64,000 bases of DNA from Octopus sinensis (taxonomy: Eukaryota): NCBI RefSeq assembly GCF_006345805.1, contig NC_043003.1, positions 10,230,001-10,294,000 of the forward strand. The letters run 5' to 3'. Positions 51,105 to 64,000 of this stretch are shown here, one piece after another. Positions within the stretch are counted from its first letter, which is position 1, and each line of letters begins with the position of its first letter. Below the pieces are notes generated by a model. That model had not been told where the DNA came from and made no database searches. It was given only the letters and a program-made list of their open reading frames with translations. The translations under genes and the position numbers were made by a program.

Positions 51105-51513
51105 ACTCTTTTACTTGTTTCAGTCATTTGACTGCGGCCATGCTGGAGCACCGCCTTTAGTCGAGCAAATCGACCCCGGGACTTATTCTTTGTAAGCCCA
51201 GTACTTATCCTATCGGTCTCTTTTGCCGAATCGCTAAGTGACGGGGACGTAAACACACCAGCATCGGTTGTCAAGCAATGCTAGGGGGACAAACACAGAC
51301 ACACAAACATATACACACACACTTACATATATATATATACATATATACGACAGGCTTCTTTCAGTTTCCGTCTACCAAATCCACTCACAAGGCATTGGTC
51401 GGCCTGGGGCTATAGCAGAAGACACTTGCCCAAGATGCCACGCAGTGGGACTGAACCCGGAACCATGTGGTTGGTAAGCAAGCTACTTACCACACAGCCA
51501 CTCCTGCGCCTAT
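51105..51513 (-). mobile_element. Full SINE family B
   Basis: Reverse complement of the 57349-57752 family sequence. Confidence 0.9.
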
Positions 51514-52427
51514 ATCTTAACATTTATATAGCCAGTCCGGCATATCCGATCCCTCATCGGAATAGTAACTTAAAACGTAAGCCCAATTCTCATCAGTCTA
51601 GTTGCTGCTGCTATGACTACTACTGCTGCTTTAACTACTACTGCTGCTGTTGGTGATGATAATGGTGTCGTTGTTTTTATTCTCTCGCTGGTCATCCCGA
51701 TAAGGGCGAAAGTTGATCTAAATATTTCAGATCTTACCCTCACTCCATTTTGTATATTTGGGGCTAAAATGTCCAATGAATCCACTAACACGTTTACGAT
51801 CAGTAAGGTAAAAAAAAATACCCTTTAGTGGAGTTCGAGACCGATGGGATGGAGACAGGAAGGAATCGTTACACTGGAAACCAGACACGAATGTTTGTAA
51901 CTGATTCTACTCCATTAACGGCACTCATGATGCAAACTGGTGGTGTTAAACTGAATGTTGGATTATGTTTCTGATGCAAGCAGGCCACTGAGATTTGAAC
52001 TCAGATTGGAAAGAACTACAATAAATGCCGTATGGTACACAACATTACTTATATTTCCACCAAAAAGGAGAAAAGAACAGAGGTGACCTCGGTGAAATTT
52101 GAACTCAGTTCGCAGAGAGCTGTAACAAATACCGCAAGGCACTCCATCCTACGTGCTTACATTTCCACCAGTCTACCACCCAAGTTTTGTTTTTCCTTAT
52201 AAACTACAAACCGTTAAAAAACGAAGGTGACCACGGTAGGATTTGAAATCAAATCGTAGGCGGCCAGAACATGTAGCGCGAGGTATGCTGTACAACATTC
52301 TAACGACTCGAAATTTCGTGGCTCTATGTAGTAAATCGAGTGGTTAAGTAAAATCTCCTTCGTCGGTTCTTCTGCCAAGTATATAACGTTCTCATATATT
52401 TACTTTGGACCTACACACCTCTTGTGG

Positions 52428-52722
52428 AGGCGCTATGACTCAGTGGTTTGGGCAGCAGACTCACAGTCGGAGGATCACGATTTCGATTCCTAGACCGAGC
52501 GTTGTGTGTGTTTATTGAGCGAAAACACCTAAAAGCTCCACGAGGCTCCGGCAATGGGTGGTGGCGACCCCTGTTGTACTCTTTCTCACACTGTCTCTTC
52601 CTGTTTCTTGTGTAACGCTGCGATGGACTGGCGTCCCGTCCAGCTGGTGGGGGGGGGCACATACGCCACAGAAACCGGGAAACCGGGCCCACGAGCCTAG
52701 CTAGGCTTGAAAAGGTCGAGAA
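52428..52722 (+). mobile_element. SINE family C
   Basis: tRNA-like head followed by TTATTGAGCGAAAACACCTAAAAGCTCCACGAGGCTCCGGC. Confidence 0.85.
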
Positions 52723-53579
52723 AAGAAAGGAATACACCTCTTACAGACTGTGAACCATCATTTTTCAAAGGTAAGTGTATCAGCTACATTCAACATTTCT
52801 CATTTCATAACATTTCTAAAAACCTATTGAATCCATTGTACATCAAAATTTATAGCAATCTGAAATATATTATATGATGACATTATTCCATCATTTAATG
52901 ACTTATGAGACAATAAAGTTCATTTCAGTTAACAAAACAGCCCCAAGATAACGAGAGTTACAAAATTCACTGCGTTTTACACGGTAACACAAACCATAAA
53001 CTGAAAGCAATAGCTGGTATTGAGTTTTATGTGAACAATATACTTACATTTATAATGGTTTACTACTATAGCACTTAGAAATTAGATTTCAGCGGTGATC
53101 AGTGGATAGCTACTGTTTCAGGAAGAAATAAGAGAAACAATTTCTGCAGACAACAAACATGTATAGTTTGCGATGGATGGTTAGCTATCATCTACATTAA
53201 ACAAATACAATAACACTTAATACTACGAATCAAATAACTGTTGGGTGTATACGATCATGCGATTGATGTAGGTTACGAAAAGTCTGGATTAGCCAGAGAT
53301 TTGAATCGATATATAAGAAGAAAAAAAAAGAAAATTTAAGCTGCTTTCATCCACGGCTGGTATAGAGTCAATGTATGTTTTGATACCTTCTGCAAGACTG
53401 GAAATATGTGGCATGTACGTGTTTACCTCTTCGACTGTACTGTAACGTTATGCTTGTGTTAATGTTTTTGAATGTGAATGTATGCATGGCTGACTGAATG
53501 GTGAAAGCATTTGTTGCACAGACATGGAACCAGTAACTCGATCCACCTGCAAGACACCATAATGTGTAATTTTGAATAA

Positions 53580-53759
<180 letters not shown>

Positions 53760-53768
53760 CAATGCTGA

Positions 53769-53918
53769 TGTTTTCTGCAAGCACTTGCAGAAAGCATCAC
53801 TGCTTGGACCTGCTCGAATACTTTGGATGGTACTCGGAAAATAAGGGATGTTACCTTTGTTCACTGGTAGTGAACAGCTGGCACCGTAGTACATCTCTAG
53901 CGTTAGAGACTGTGTAAA
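53769..53918 (+). mobile_element. Severely 5'-truncated R4/Dong-like element in (AAT)n
   Basis: HLQKASLLGPARILWMVL resembles IQKIALLGTAHILRRTL of the element at 1-2830; AAT repeats lie on both sides. Confidence 0.75.
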
Positions 53919-54588
53919 TAATAATAATAAACAGCAAATATTCTGCCCAATACCACAGATTTGCACAGCAAATATTCTGCTCAGTACCACAGATTTGCTC
54001 TTAACTGATTGGAAGTGTTATCATGTACATTGTTTTGTCTTGTTATAAAAGATGGGCTACAGCAAATATTCTGCTCAATACCACAGATTTGCTTGTCAGT
54101 TGTTTGACCGTTACCAGTTGAGCATGTCCCTTAGTGGCTGACGATATGTGCATCTCTAATCACGAGCAGAAGTAGTGGGGGAGCATTATAGCCATGTGTT
54201 GAGAGGGATTCTTTGGAGATTGAATAATTCACCTCTGGAAACATGGGTGTTTCGTTCAACATCCTTAAACAACCCTTATTCAGGGACCTTTTGAGTGGGA
54301 TGGGTTACTTGACCAGAAGAAAATTCCAACTGGGCCCCACCTGCAAGGTCATGTGTTGCTTATCTTGATATGAGATCACCATGTCATGCACATATGGTTG
54401 TGATGCATGTGCCTAGTGTACCCTTATCAGACGAGTAGTAATGATGGGTATACTGGGCTACATATATTTTACCCCAGCGTCACAGTTATGCCATGCACTG
54501 CTCTCTCACTCAATAATAATAAGAAGAAGAAGAAGAAGAAGAAGAAGAATGATAATAATAATAATAATTGAGAAATAAATAGATAGAT

Positions 54589-54910
54589 GAGTGCCATAGT
54601 TATCATGTGAAATTGATTTGAACGATATTTCGGCATCTAGCGTGCCTTCCACAGGTTCGAAAATTACATGTCAGTCTACTGCATTTTGAACCCGTGGGAG
54701 GCACGCTTGATGCCGAAATCTCGTTCAGCCAATTTCACATGATAACTATGTCACTCTTCTAATTATCTCTATATGACCTCTGGAGGAGTTACCTCAATCC
54801 TGTATAATCTCAACAAAAAAAAATGAATTAGACTGACATGTAATTTTTCAACCTGTGGAAAGCACGCTATATGCCGAAATCACGCTCAACCAATTTCACA
54901 TGGTAACTAT
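54589..54910. repeat. Fold-back element with three copies of an arm of about 65-85 bp (one forward, two inverted)
   Basis: 54589-54655 pairs with 54693-54756; 54597-54680 pairs with 54829-54910. Confidence 0.85.
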
Positions 54911-55249
54911 CTCTTTATTTCTGTATGACGGTGCATGGCTCAGTGGTTAGTGCGTCAAGCTTACGATTGTGAAGTTGTGAGTTCGATTCCGAGGCCGGCA
55001 TTGTGTTGTGTTCTTGAGCAAGACTCTTTATTTCATGTTGCTCCAGTTCACCCAGCTGTAAAAATGAGTTGCAGTTAAACACTCCCCGGAGGCTATAAGA
55101 GTGGAGGAGTGGGTGCTCTTGCCTTCGTACTGCGGCAAACGTGTGGCCAAAGTGCGAGTGGGTAAGGTGCCACCCGAACTGAAGTAGGCATTGCTGATGA
55201 CAGCCATAACGTATAATATGTAAGAAGGAAGGGTTTTGAAGGCCACGAG

Positions 55250-55960
55250 GAGCCAGAAGGTGGACTACTGGGGTTATGTAATTGAACTGACTATACAGGC
55301 AACAATGGACGATTTGAACAGTGTTGTGGATGAGATTGACCTCCCAGAAGATGTGAGACTGAGAGTTACAGTGGTGGGATGGGATCCCCGCCAGAGAAAC
55401 GGAAAAAGAAGAGAGAAGAAACTGTGAAGGAGGTCAGCAGGAAGGAAGATAAAAGGGTGAGAGAGAAAGAAAGTAAAAAGAAAGTGGAGTTACAAGTTAA
55501 GATATCAGTTGTTCCGGTGGAAAAGGATTCGGAAATTCAACTGGCCGAAGAGGAGATGGAGAGACTATTTAGAGTGGAGGAGGAAAAGAGAGAAGAAAGA
55601 GTTCAAAATAAAGGAAAGAAAATACAAGGAGGAAATGGAGTATGGTATTAGGTAACCTAGCCAAAGACTGTAAAAACAGAGAAGAAGATAGTCAGGTTTA
55701 ATGAAATAGTAAGAGTGAAAGTACCATCATACATATATGCAGAGGATATGAAGGCGATAGTGATGGAAAAGGAAAATTACAAGAAACTGGAAGAAATGTG
55801 TGGAGATAGTATTGACCCACCAGGAGTGAGGGTGGAATTCAAAGAATTGCCACCAGTAGTGGATTTAATAGAAATTGAACCATTGATGAAGTACTACTAA
55901 AAAGAAAATAAGTATGTTAAATTGAGAAAAAAGGAAAAAAAGGTGTTTTATTTTATGTTT
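55250..55960 (+). mobile_element. Second degenerate ORF1-like retroelement remnant
   Basis: Frameshifted, K/E-rich coding-like sequence (DYWGYVIELTIQATMDDLN..IDLPEDVRLRVTVVG) loosely resembling the 41060-42895 ORF, with an A-rich end. Confidence 0.4.
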
Positions 55961-56109
55961 AAAATAATGGTGAAAAATCGAAGAAGAGTTGTAGATAATG
56001 TATATAACGGTTCAAATGGTACCATTTTAATTTTTATATAATTTCATCTCATTTACCATCATATCTAGCAAAATAGGCTGTGAATTTTAATCAAATAATA
56101 ATAATAATA

Positions 56110-56320
56110 ATCTTTTCTGCTGGAGGCACAAGGCCTAAACTTTGGGTGGGTGGGGACTAGTTGATAACATTGACTCCAGTGTTTCACTGGTATTTAATTT
56201 ATCGACCCCGAAAGGATGAAAGGCAAAGTCGACCTCGGTAGAATTTGAACTCACAACATAACGACGGGCGAAATACTTCTAAGCATTCCGTCCGTCTAAC
56301 GATTCTGCCTCCTCACCGCC
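56110..56320 (-). mobile_element. SINE family A
   Basis: TTATCGACCCCGAAAGGATGAAAGGCAAAGTCGACCTCGG core. Confidence 0.85.
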
Positions 56321-57348
56321 TTACCCAAAGCAAAATATTAAAACATACGCTTACACACGCACACACACATACACACACACATGCATACATATACATATAC
56401 GTACACACACACACACATATATATACCAATATGATGTGTGTATGCATGTATATGTTCGCTCATATGCATATATAAATGTATACATGTATATTTGTATGTA
56501 TGTGTGTGTGTGCGTGTGTGTCGGTATATATCTGTGTGTGTCTCTGTATGTGTAATTAAGCTTTCACAAATACATGAGTTTTATCTCGAAATCTAGAAAG
56601 ATATTCGCAGTAATGTTTAAACAATGTTTTCATAAGATATAATTTCGTCAGTACATTAAATCAAGATGCGGTATCTAACATTAATAAACACTAGTAAAAG
56701 CCCTCTCCGTCTATTCAGAAGGATGTAACAGACAATATTACCTGAAGCAGATATGGTTGAATGTTCAGCTACACTAGACAGACAGTTTTTACATAATTTT
56801 ACTAAGTAGGCAAAATAAACTCAATTTGCTGTTCTCTGCAACGTGGTTTTCTCTCATGTAATACATGCTGCCATTTTTTTTAACGTTATATTTTTTGCGT
56901 TTTACTTGAGTGGTTTTCTTGTTCTTTTCGATCTCAAATAGATATTACAAAAGCTTTATATATGATATTATTTATATGAAAATGGCAGCGTAGATTATTA
57001 TATGTGAAAATATAGATACATTAAAACTGTAATGTAGAGTGAAAGAGAAATACGCTGCATGGGAAATAAGACCGCCACCGCAATTTTATTCTATTACTAC
57101 GTGGCCCCACTTTAACCGGGGGTTTTAAGCCAATGTGAGCCTAATAAGCCACCTCAGAACCCACAAGAAACATGCTAATCTGGTCATCTTTATATATTCG
57201 AAGGGCGAACGAGCATTGCAGAGCCACAACAAATGCCTTGTGATTATATGTCTTGTTATTGCTTTAACAAAATATCAACCGATGTTGGTCAATTTGATTG
57301 TTTGTTGATCAAAAGTTTTCTCCATTTTCTGATTATTTGAATTTATAT

Positions 57349-57752
57349 ATAGGCGCAGGAGTGGCTGAGTGGTGAGTGGCTTGCTTACCAGCCACATGGT
57401 TCCGGGTTCAGTCCCACTGCGTGGCACCTTGGGCAAGTGTCTTCTACTATAGCCTCGGGGTGACCAAAGCCTTGTGAGTGGATTTGGTAGACGGAAACTG
57501 AAAAGAAGCCCGTCGTATATATGTACATATATATATATATGTGCATGTGTGTGTTTGTGTGTCTATGTTTGTCCCCCTAGCATTGCTTGACAACCGATGC
57601 TGGTGTGTTTATGTCCCCGTTACTTAGCAGTTCGGCAAAAGATACCGATAGAATAAGTACTGGGCTTACAAAAGAATAAGTCCCGGGGTCGAGTTGCTCG
57701 ATTAAAGGCGGTGCTCCAGCATGGTCGCAGTCAAATGACTGAAACAAGTAAA
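57349..57752 (+). mobile_element. Full SINE family B
   Basis: Head GGCGCAGGAGTGGCTGAGTGG, GCACCTTGGGCAAGT domain, family tail. Confidence 0.9.
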
Positions 57753-58039
57753 GAGAGAGATCTATATTTAAGATATGAGGAATTATGTACATTATTTACA
57801 TTATTTACATTCGACAGATCTTGTGCTGTTGTGTTAACAACAAAGAAGATGAGGACAAATATCCGTCGAATGTAAATTATGTAAATATTGTTATACATAT
57901 ATTTACATTTCTTTATCTTTTAAGTAACTTGCTCCACCTAGCGTATCCATTTCCGTTTACACTCACACACATCTCTATCTACATATCTATCCATCCAGCT
58001 ACCTATCTACATATGAATCTATCTATGTATCTACCTATT

Positions 58040-58155
<116 letters not shown>

Positions 58156-58304
58156 CACAGGTTAGTTCCCTCTTTTGCCTATCGACTTCAAGCTCCATGC
58201 TGCAAGATGGTATGAGTTTAATATATTGACCCTTATGGCGTCATCTCGAGGCCCTGTTCTTTCCTTTTCCCTTCATTATTTATTTTATCCTATTTTATGC
58301 ATTT

Positions 58305-58428
58305 GCATTCACTCTGATGAAGTCCCATGTACTAGATCGAATGTGCTATGAAGATGACGGATATTAATCTCGGAATTTCTGTCGTAAGCACCGACTAACA
58401 TTGGAGATGGAAACGGTTGTAAGAAATG
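58305..58428 (+). ncRNA. Degenerate hammerhead with long stem II
   Basis: CUGAUGA-A-GUCCCAUGU..ACAUUGGAGAUG-GAA-AC(GGUU)GU-A; stems I and II are imperfect. Confidence 0.4.
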
Positions 58429-58529
58429 TTATGTCATGTTTTGCAGTAAAAAAAAATGAACTGATGTTGGTCAATTTGTTTGTTTGTTGCTCAAAAGTTT
58501 TCTCCATTTTCTGATCATTTAAATTTATA

Positions 58530-58602
<73 letters not shown>

Positions 58603-58855
58603 TTTCAGATTCAGATAAAAATCCAAGGCTGTGAAAGATTTTAGAACATTTTAAGTCTTACAGCTGTTTCCGGGCTATTTCATATATCCCTTCATCGGAG
58701 ACGGTGTGAGAAAATGGTTTAGCAATAGTTATTTTAGATAAGATATGAAGTAGAGTGGAGGAATGAAAATAGACATGAGATATGCAGGCATTGCAAATTC
58801 CTCTTACTCAGCATTACCTGACACCTTTGGGTTTTATTGTCACCATTACCTCCCA

Positions 58856-58927
<72 letters not shown>

Positions 58928-59024
58928 ATATATATATATATACAGAAAGAGCGAGAGAGAAAGTGATAGATAGGTAGATAGATAGATAGATAGATAGATA
59001 GATACTTTAATGTGCTCATGAATA

Positions 59025-59285
59025 CATTTCTTTTGGAAAAAAAAGTAACGCTACTAAGCTTGCTACCCACGCTTGGGATTTGAAGACCAGAGACAAACTG
59101 CATGGAATCAAGTGAAGCATCGTAGAGATATCCATGCCATTAGTCAATGGATTTAAGGTATGCAACTTATGCCTAGCTGAAAGACCGCATATTCTTTTTA
59201 AATCTAAGAATTCCACGGCACTGCTGAATATCAGATCTGAAACTTTCAGCATATGCAAACTTATGGATAAATTTCTTTTCTAGAA
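59025..59285 (+). mobile_element. Penelope-like GIY-YIG C-terminal relic
   Basis: NATKLATHAWDLK..GIK*SIVE..NGFKVCNLCLAERPHILL..LLNIRSETFSICK..KFLF. Confidence 0.78.
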
Positions 59286-60831
59286 GCCTCGTAGACTTTG
59301 GATCCAACCTCGTTGAAGTATTCTACAACTAGCTTATTTATGGATTTATGGTCGCAGGGGACACAATTCCTACTTTTTCTTTTCTTTTTCCGGTTTTATT
59401 CACCTTTCCACCTTTTACACCTACTTAATCGGTTTTTCTCATGATTCTTCTTGTACCAGCGTCCAAATTTTGAAAATAGAATAGATCTTGTGCTCAGAGC
59501 CAGAAGATTGCTTAGAGAGACAAGGCGTGTTATAAAAACCTATGTAGGCCAGTGTCTCTAAAGCAAGAAACTATTTGTAGCTCGTATCTTTACACAAGCT
59601 ACAAATAGTACTTTTTTTGTTTATCTTACTTTAACGAAACAGTAAACACACACACACGCATACATACATATTGAAGAGAGAGACAAAGCGAAAGCCATAT
59701 AATTTAAATATAGACGAATAATCAACGAGAATGTAAAAATATGCAATTATTATAATTACGTACCAAATGAAAGGTGTCTAATAGGAAGTGGATATTTTAG
59801 TTCCGATTTCAAAATTATGGAGTATACATAAACTACGAATTAAGTGTACGTAAATGTTCGAACAGTTGCACATGCATACACGTGTTCGCGTGTGTTTGAA
59901 AGAGACAGAATTGGAGATAAAGGAGGAAGATAGAAGAAAGAAAGAGAAGAGAGGGGGACTAGGGAGATGGTAATTTAGGGAAAGAGGGGAGGAGAAGAGA
60001 ATAGAGAGATGATTCCTTGAGTAATTTCGGGACAGGAAGTCAGAAAGTAGGGAAGTAGGAAATTATTTGCTTTTAAGCGAAGAAAATTGAAGAATTATGA
60101 ATTATAAATACTTAGACAAACAGCCAAGTGCACATGCTCACACACATACATATACACGCACATATTCAACAGATACACACGCGCACACACATACATACAC
60201 ATGCACGCACACATTCACACGCACACAGATACACACATACACGCACACACCAATACGTACATGCATACACACGTACACACACTCTCTTTCTCTTATTCTC
60301 TTTCTTTTCTCTTTGCCTTTCTCTCTATCTCTCATTCTTTATATTTCATAAAATCTGAGATGATTCCATCGAACACCACTCGAAGAAATCTATTAGCTGC
60401 CTTTCTTTCCAAAAATTATTTCGTTTTGGGATTTGGTTTGCAAGATTGTTTATGTGAGTTTGTGTGTTGAAGCATATTGTATTGTTTCTGGGGAGACTCA
60501 TTCTCTTTTGGTGCCTTATAATTTAACACACTCACCGGTAAAATTTCCACTTATTTCTTTTTCAATTTTTTCTTTATTTTTCTAAAATTTTCGTGGTGTC
60601 ATGCAAGATTTTCAATGGTTTTATTATTCTTATACAGATAAATTAAAGCAGTTCTACAATTTACTTCAATTCTACTATAAGAATTTATCCCTAACAGGTA
60701 AGGTTATTCTGCACTTCACAATGAAATCAAGGTTTTCTATATTCCATCTACAACATACATAATACATACATACATACAACATACATACATACATACATAC
60801 ATACATACATACATACATACATACATACATA

Positions 60832-61400
60832 AGCACAACAGATCTGATATGATGATTTGGGATAAAGAAGAGAAACTGTGCACAGTTGCAGAAATTAGCT
60901 TCTCAGTGGATGTTAAGATAAAGCTGAAGATCAGTGAAAAGGAGAATACCTACGCTGAACTATTGAGAAATATGCAGTTACTCTATCCAGATTACAAGTA
61001 CAGGTTTATACCTGCAATTATTGGGATATGTAACACACTACCTAAATACCAATCTTGAAAAGTTAGGCTTCTCAAAACCAGAAAGAAGAAATCTAATTCA
61101 AAGACTACGGATCCAATCCATCACTGGAACTGTAAAAATCTTTAAAACTTTCCAGAACTTTACCTTTTAAATATATATGAGCATGTGTAGATATGTAACT
61201 ATATACATGAGAATACATACATAAAACATACAAATCTGTAAATACATACATACATACATACATACATACATACATACATACATACAAAAATGCCCTGTTG
61301 TTGATTTTGAAATTCCAACGAAGGAGCCTTGGATCTAGGTTAGAAACCGGTTCTTTCTCTATTGGCATGAAATCTTGAAATAAAATGAATAATGACATAC
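60832..61400 (+). mobile_element. 5'-truncated RLE non-LTR retrotransposon flanked by (TACA)n
   Basis: HNRSDMMIWDKEEKLCTVAEIS..KISEKENTY..YRFIPAIIG is an RLE domain (RPD..E..K..Y pattern); TACA arrays lie 5', within the 3' UTR and 3'. Confidence 0.78.
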
Positions 61401-62294
61401 ATACAGTGTATATGTGTGTGTGTGTGTACGTATTTATGTTTAGACGGACAAAAAGGTAATGAATACCTATGCAATTTATTCCAGCTTACACGTGTTTCCT
61501 ATAAAGTTGGAAGACTGCAACTTCCTGCTACAGTAATGAAATCTATCAATCGATCGATTGAATAAACTAAATAACAGAATTACTCCATCTATACTCTTCA
61601 TAGCTAAACCATAAATACGTCTAAGCTGGAATAAAACTTATAAATATCATTTACCTTCGTGTCTTCTCTAAGATACTAAGTAACACCTTACCATTTTTAC
61701 TTGGTAGCTAAAATTTGAATTGACAAATTGAATTTTTGACAGTTTATTCTTTTCTACTCTAGGCACAAGGCCATTAAAGGATGTATCGTGTGAATTTCTA
61801 CACCTTTCGCGGGTCAATATTACAGGTTTTTGCAGACATTCTCGTGCGTTTGTCGTTCAATTTGGTAAACGGGCTATTCAAAGTCACGAATTTAATCATT
61901 CAAATTCGTTTTTCGATCATTCAATTTCGCACTTTGATGTAAATGTTAAATTCTTTGACCGTTCAAATTAAAATCCCCGTCGAGAGCGTTTAAATTAGTC
62001 GAATGCGAGGGAGCGTCTTTTCGAACATTCAGATTCGGATGTAAGCATCCGAGTTCGGAATACGTTTATTCAATTTAGCGCTAACTTTTACAGGTGTGTT
62101 TTGCATGACAAAAAATGTCATTTAAATGTTTCATTTTCCACATTCAAGTCTTAGAATGTGAGTAAAGTTTTATTTGTTGTTATAGCTACAAGGAAGAATT
62201 AAATTTACGTGATTCTTCTTTCCACGAAAGTCTTTTTAATTGCAACATTTGTAACCGGTCGCTATCATTTGCATTTTATATCTCTTTCTCTTGT

Positions 62295-62410
62295 GCGGAT
62301 ATCGGACGAAGATAGGGCAAGGCTGGTTGGCGCATTGGAGGGCCATCAAACCTGAAACTAGCAAACACATTTGGTATTAAAATGGGTACTGCTCGATCCG
62401 TAGTAGCGAC
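62295..62410 (+). mobile_element. Possible Tc1-like N-terminal HTH relic
   Basis: RISDEDRARLVGALEG/(frameshift)LANTFGIKMGTARSVVA. Confidence 0.4.
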
Positions 62411-62458
62411 CGCCTTCAATTATTTAGGATACAAAATAACAGTCGTCACGTGATTATA

Positions 62459-62735
62459 GGGCTCCAGCCATACCATTGGTATAGCAAACCTCATACTTTA
62501 CCTTGTCCTTTTAGTCCATTGTCGCAAATGTTCTGTACATTGTTTGCAGACACCATATGGTGCCCAGTATTTATCTTGGTCTCCCAGCTTGACCCCAAAA
62601 TATGCCATATACGCTCCTTCAACAAAATCAGTGATGTTTTTTTCGTTTTTCAGGTAATGTATATTCTCCACAAACATAACGAAATATATTTGGAGAATTA
62701 ACGCAACACTTTCTTGAAGAGGACATCTTGCTCAT
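62459..62735 (-). mobile_element. DNA transposase N-terminal relic resembling CMC/Chapaev3-type proteins
   Basis: MSKMSSSRKCCVNSPNIFRYVCGEYTLP..AYFGVKLGDQDKYWAP..CKQCTEHLRQW..MRFAIPMVW. The family assignment is from memory and needs a search. Confidence 0.6.
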
Positions 62736-63355
62736 TTTCAACTACTTAGTTCATCACAACATCTAAAAAAAGAAAAAAAACCTTGGAATTAGAATAAGGT
62801 AACGAACACTGCGTACTGGACGTACACACATACATAGTGGCTATAGGGATGTTAAATTACTTAAAGAATAGATCTGATAGGTCAAAAAGAAGGTTATATT
62901 TGGATTCAGGAAACCGATTTTGTACAGGAATGATATCTATTTCCTAAACACCAGAAACCTTGTAGATCAGTGTAATAAATTAGTGGAAATAGAACTGGTG
63001 AGTATGCTTGATAATAAGGTATTAAGACATTATGACGCTCTCCATACACCACAAAATTTACTTCAGCACACGAATCCACATAAAGAATCTTGCAAGCTAG
63101 ATGCAAAGACGAAATATGTATGTGCATTTATATATATATATAACAACTTGCATGAGAACATGCGTGCACGTCGCTCCAGGTTTCTATATTCATCAGCTCT
63201 CGACTACAGATCACAGCAATTGCATCATATTCTCACAGATGGACTTCATGCAGCAGGGCCGAACATCATTGCTATACAGAATATCAGGGTTCTTTTAGTC
63301 CACACCATCGATACAACCTTGCAAGCGCTTACTCAGCAATTTTTACTAGGGCATA

Positions 63356-63872
63356 TCTCTATATATAAAACTGTAGTTGTGTGAGTGTCTATCTCCTACG
63401 ATTTAGATTCCTAACTCCTCCCACATTTTGCGGTGCAGTTTAACCAAATTCGGGTATCTTATAGTCGTGATTAATATCAAGCCCGTCTGGCTATTAGCGC
63501 GCGTCTACGATGAGTCTACGATTTTAAAAATAATTTAACATCATATTTTATTCCATTTTAATGCATATTTTTTCGTGTGTCGATGGCGGCGGAGTTGGCG
63601 TCCACGCTCAAACACCTGCACCCGTGTTTGCTTCTCCCCCTTCTTCCCTCCCTCGTGAAGCTGTGGGGAAGGGAGTTTAAGGAAATCAACGTCGTAATGC
63701 GTTGTCAAGGAGACCAGCGTTCTTTTAGAACAACGACTTCATGGCTTGAAGACACCAAAACAGAAATGGCTAAGAAAGCCCGAATTGGCATCTATAAGGG
63801 AAGTAACTCTCTAAAAATGCTTATATAGTTATTTCCCTTACAAACCCGAGCAACGCCGGGCGATACTGCTAG
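63356..63872 (+). mobile_element. Non-autonomous Helitron, second copy with different internal segment
   Basis: A|TCTCTATATATAAAA start; CCCGAGCAACGCCGGG hairpin and CTAG|T end. Confidence 0.84.
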
Positions 63873-64000
63873 TTTTTTCATAAAAACGAGACGATTCACT
63901 TGGTCACCACTCAGAGCATTTCAATATATTTGCGTGATGAGATATGATCTGCTTTGTTGTCTTACAATAGAAATAAGTGTTAATCCCCCGTAACATTTAA

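Overview
AT-rich eukaryotic (animal) non-coding DNA saturated with microsatellites and transposable-element remnants. The repeat landscape (three abundant tRNA-headed SINE families, dense TA/GATA/TACA/TAA arrays) is most consistent with a coleoid cephalopod, probably Octopus; this is an inference. I found no host protein-coding exon. The only clearly intact host gene is an initiator tRNA-Met (38063-38134, minus). Recognisable elements include: an R4/Dong-type RLE retrotransposon ending in a (TAA)n target; a 5'-truncated relative also in (TAA)n; a separate RLE family embedded in (TACA)n; Penelope-like (GIY-YIG) elements; CR1-like and RTE-like RT fragments; two gag/ORF1-like remnants; several Tc1/mariner relics; two non-autonomous Helitrons; and a 34-bp dimeric minisatellite. 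The most interesting signal is a set of about nine hammerhead-ribozyme folds from unrelated repeat families. They include a tandem pair with compensatory changes in all three helices (predicted 236-nt monomer), one linked to a tRNA-type Pol III promoter, and variants with swapped core pairs (U3:A8, G3:C8). Several sit inside long inverted repeats. Coordinates and pairings were read by eye (ends may be off by a few bases); no folding or database search was run.
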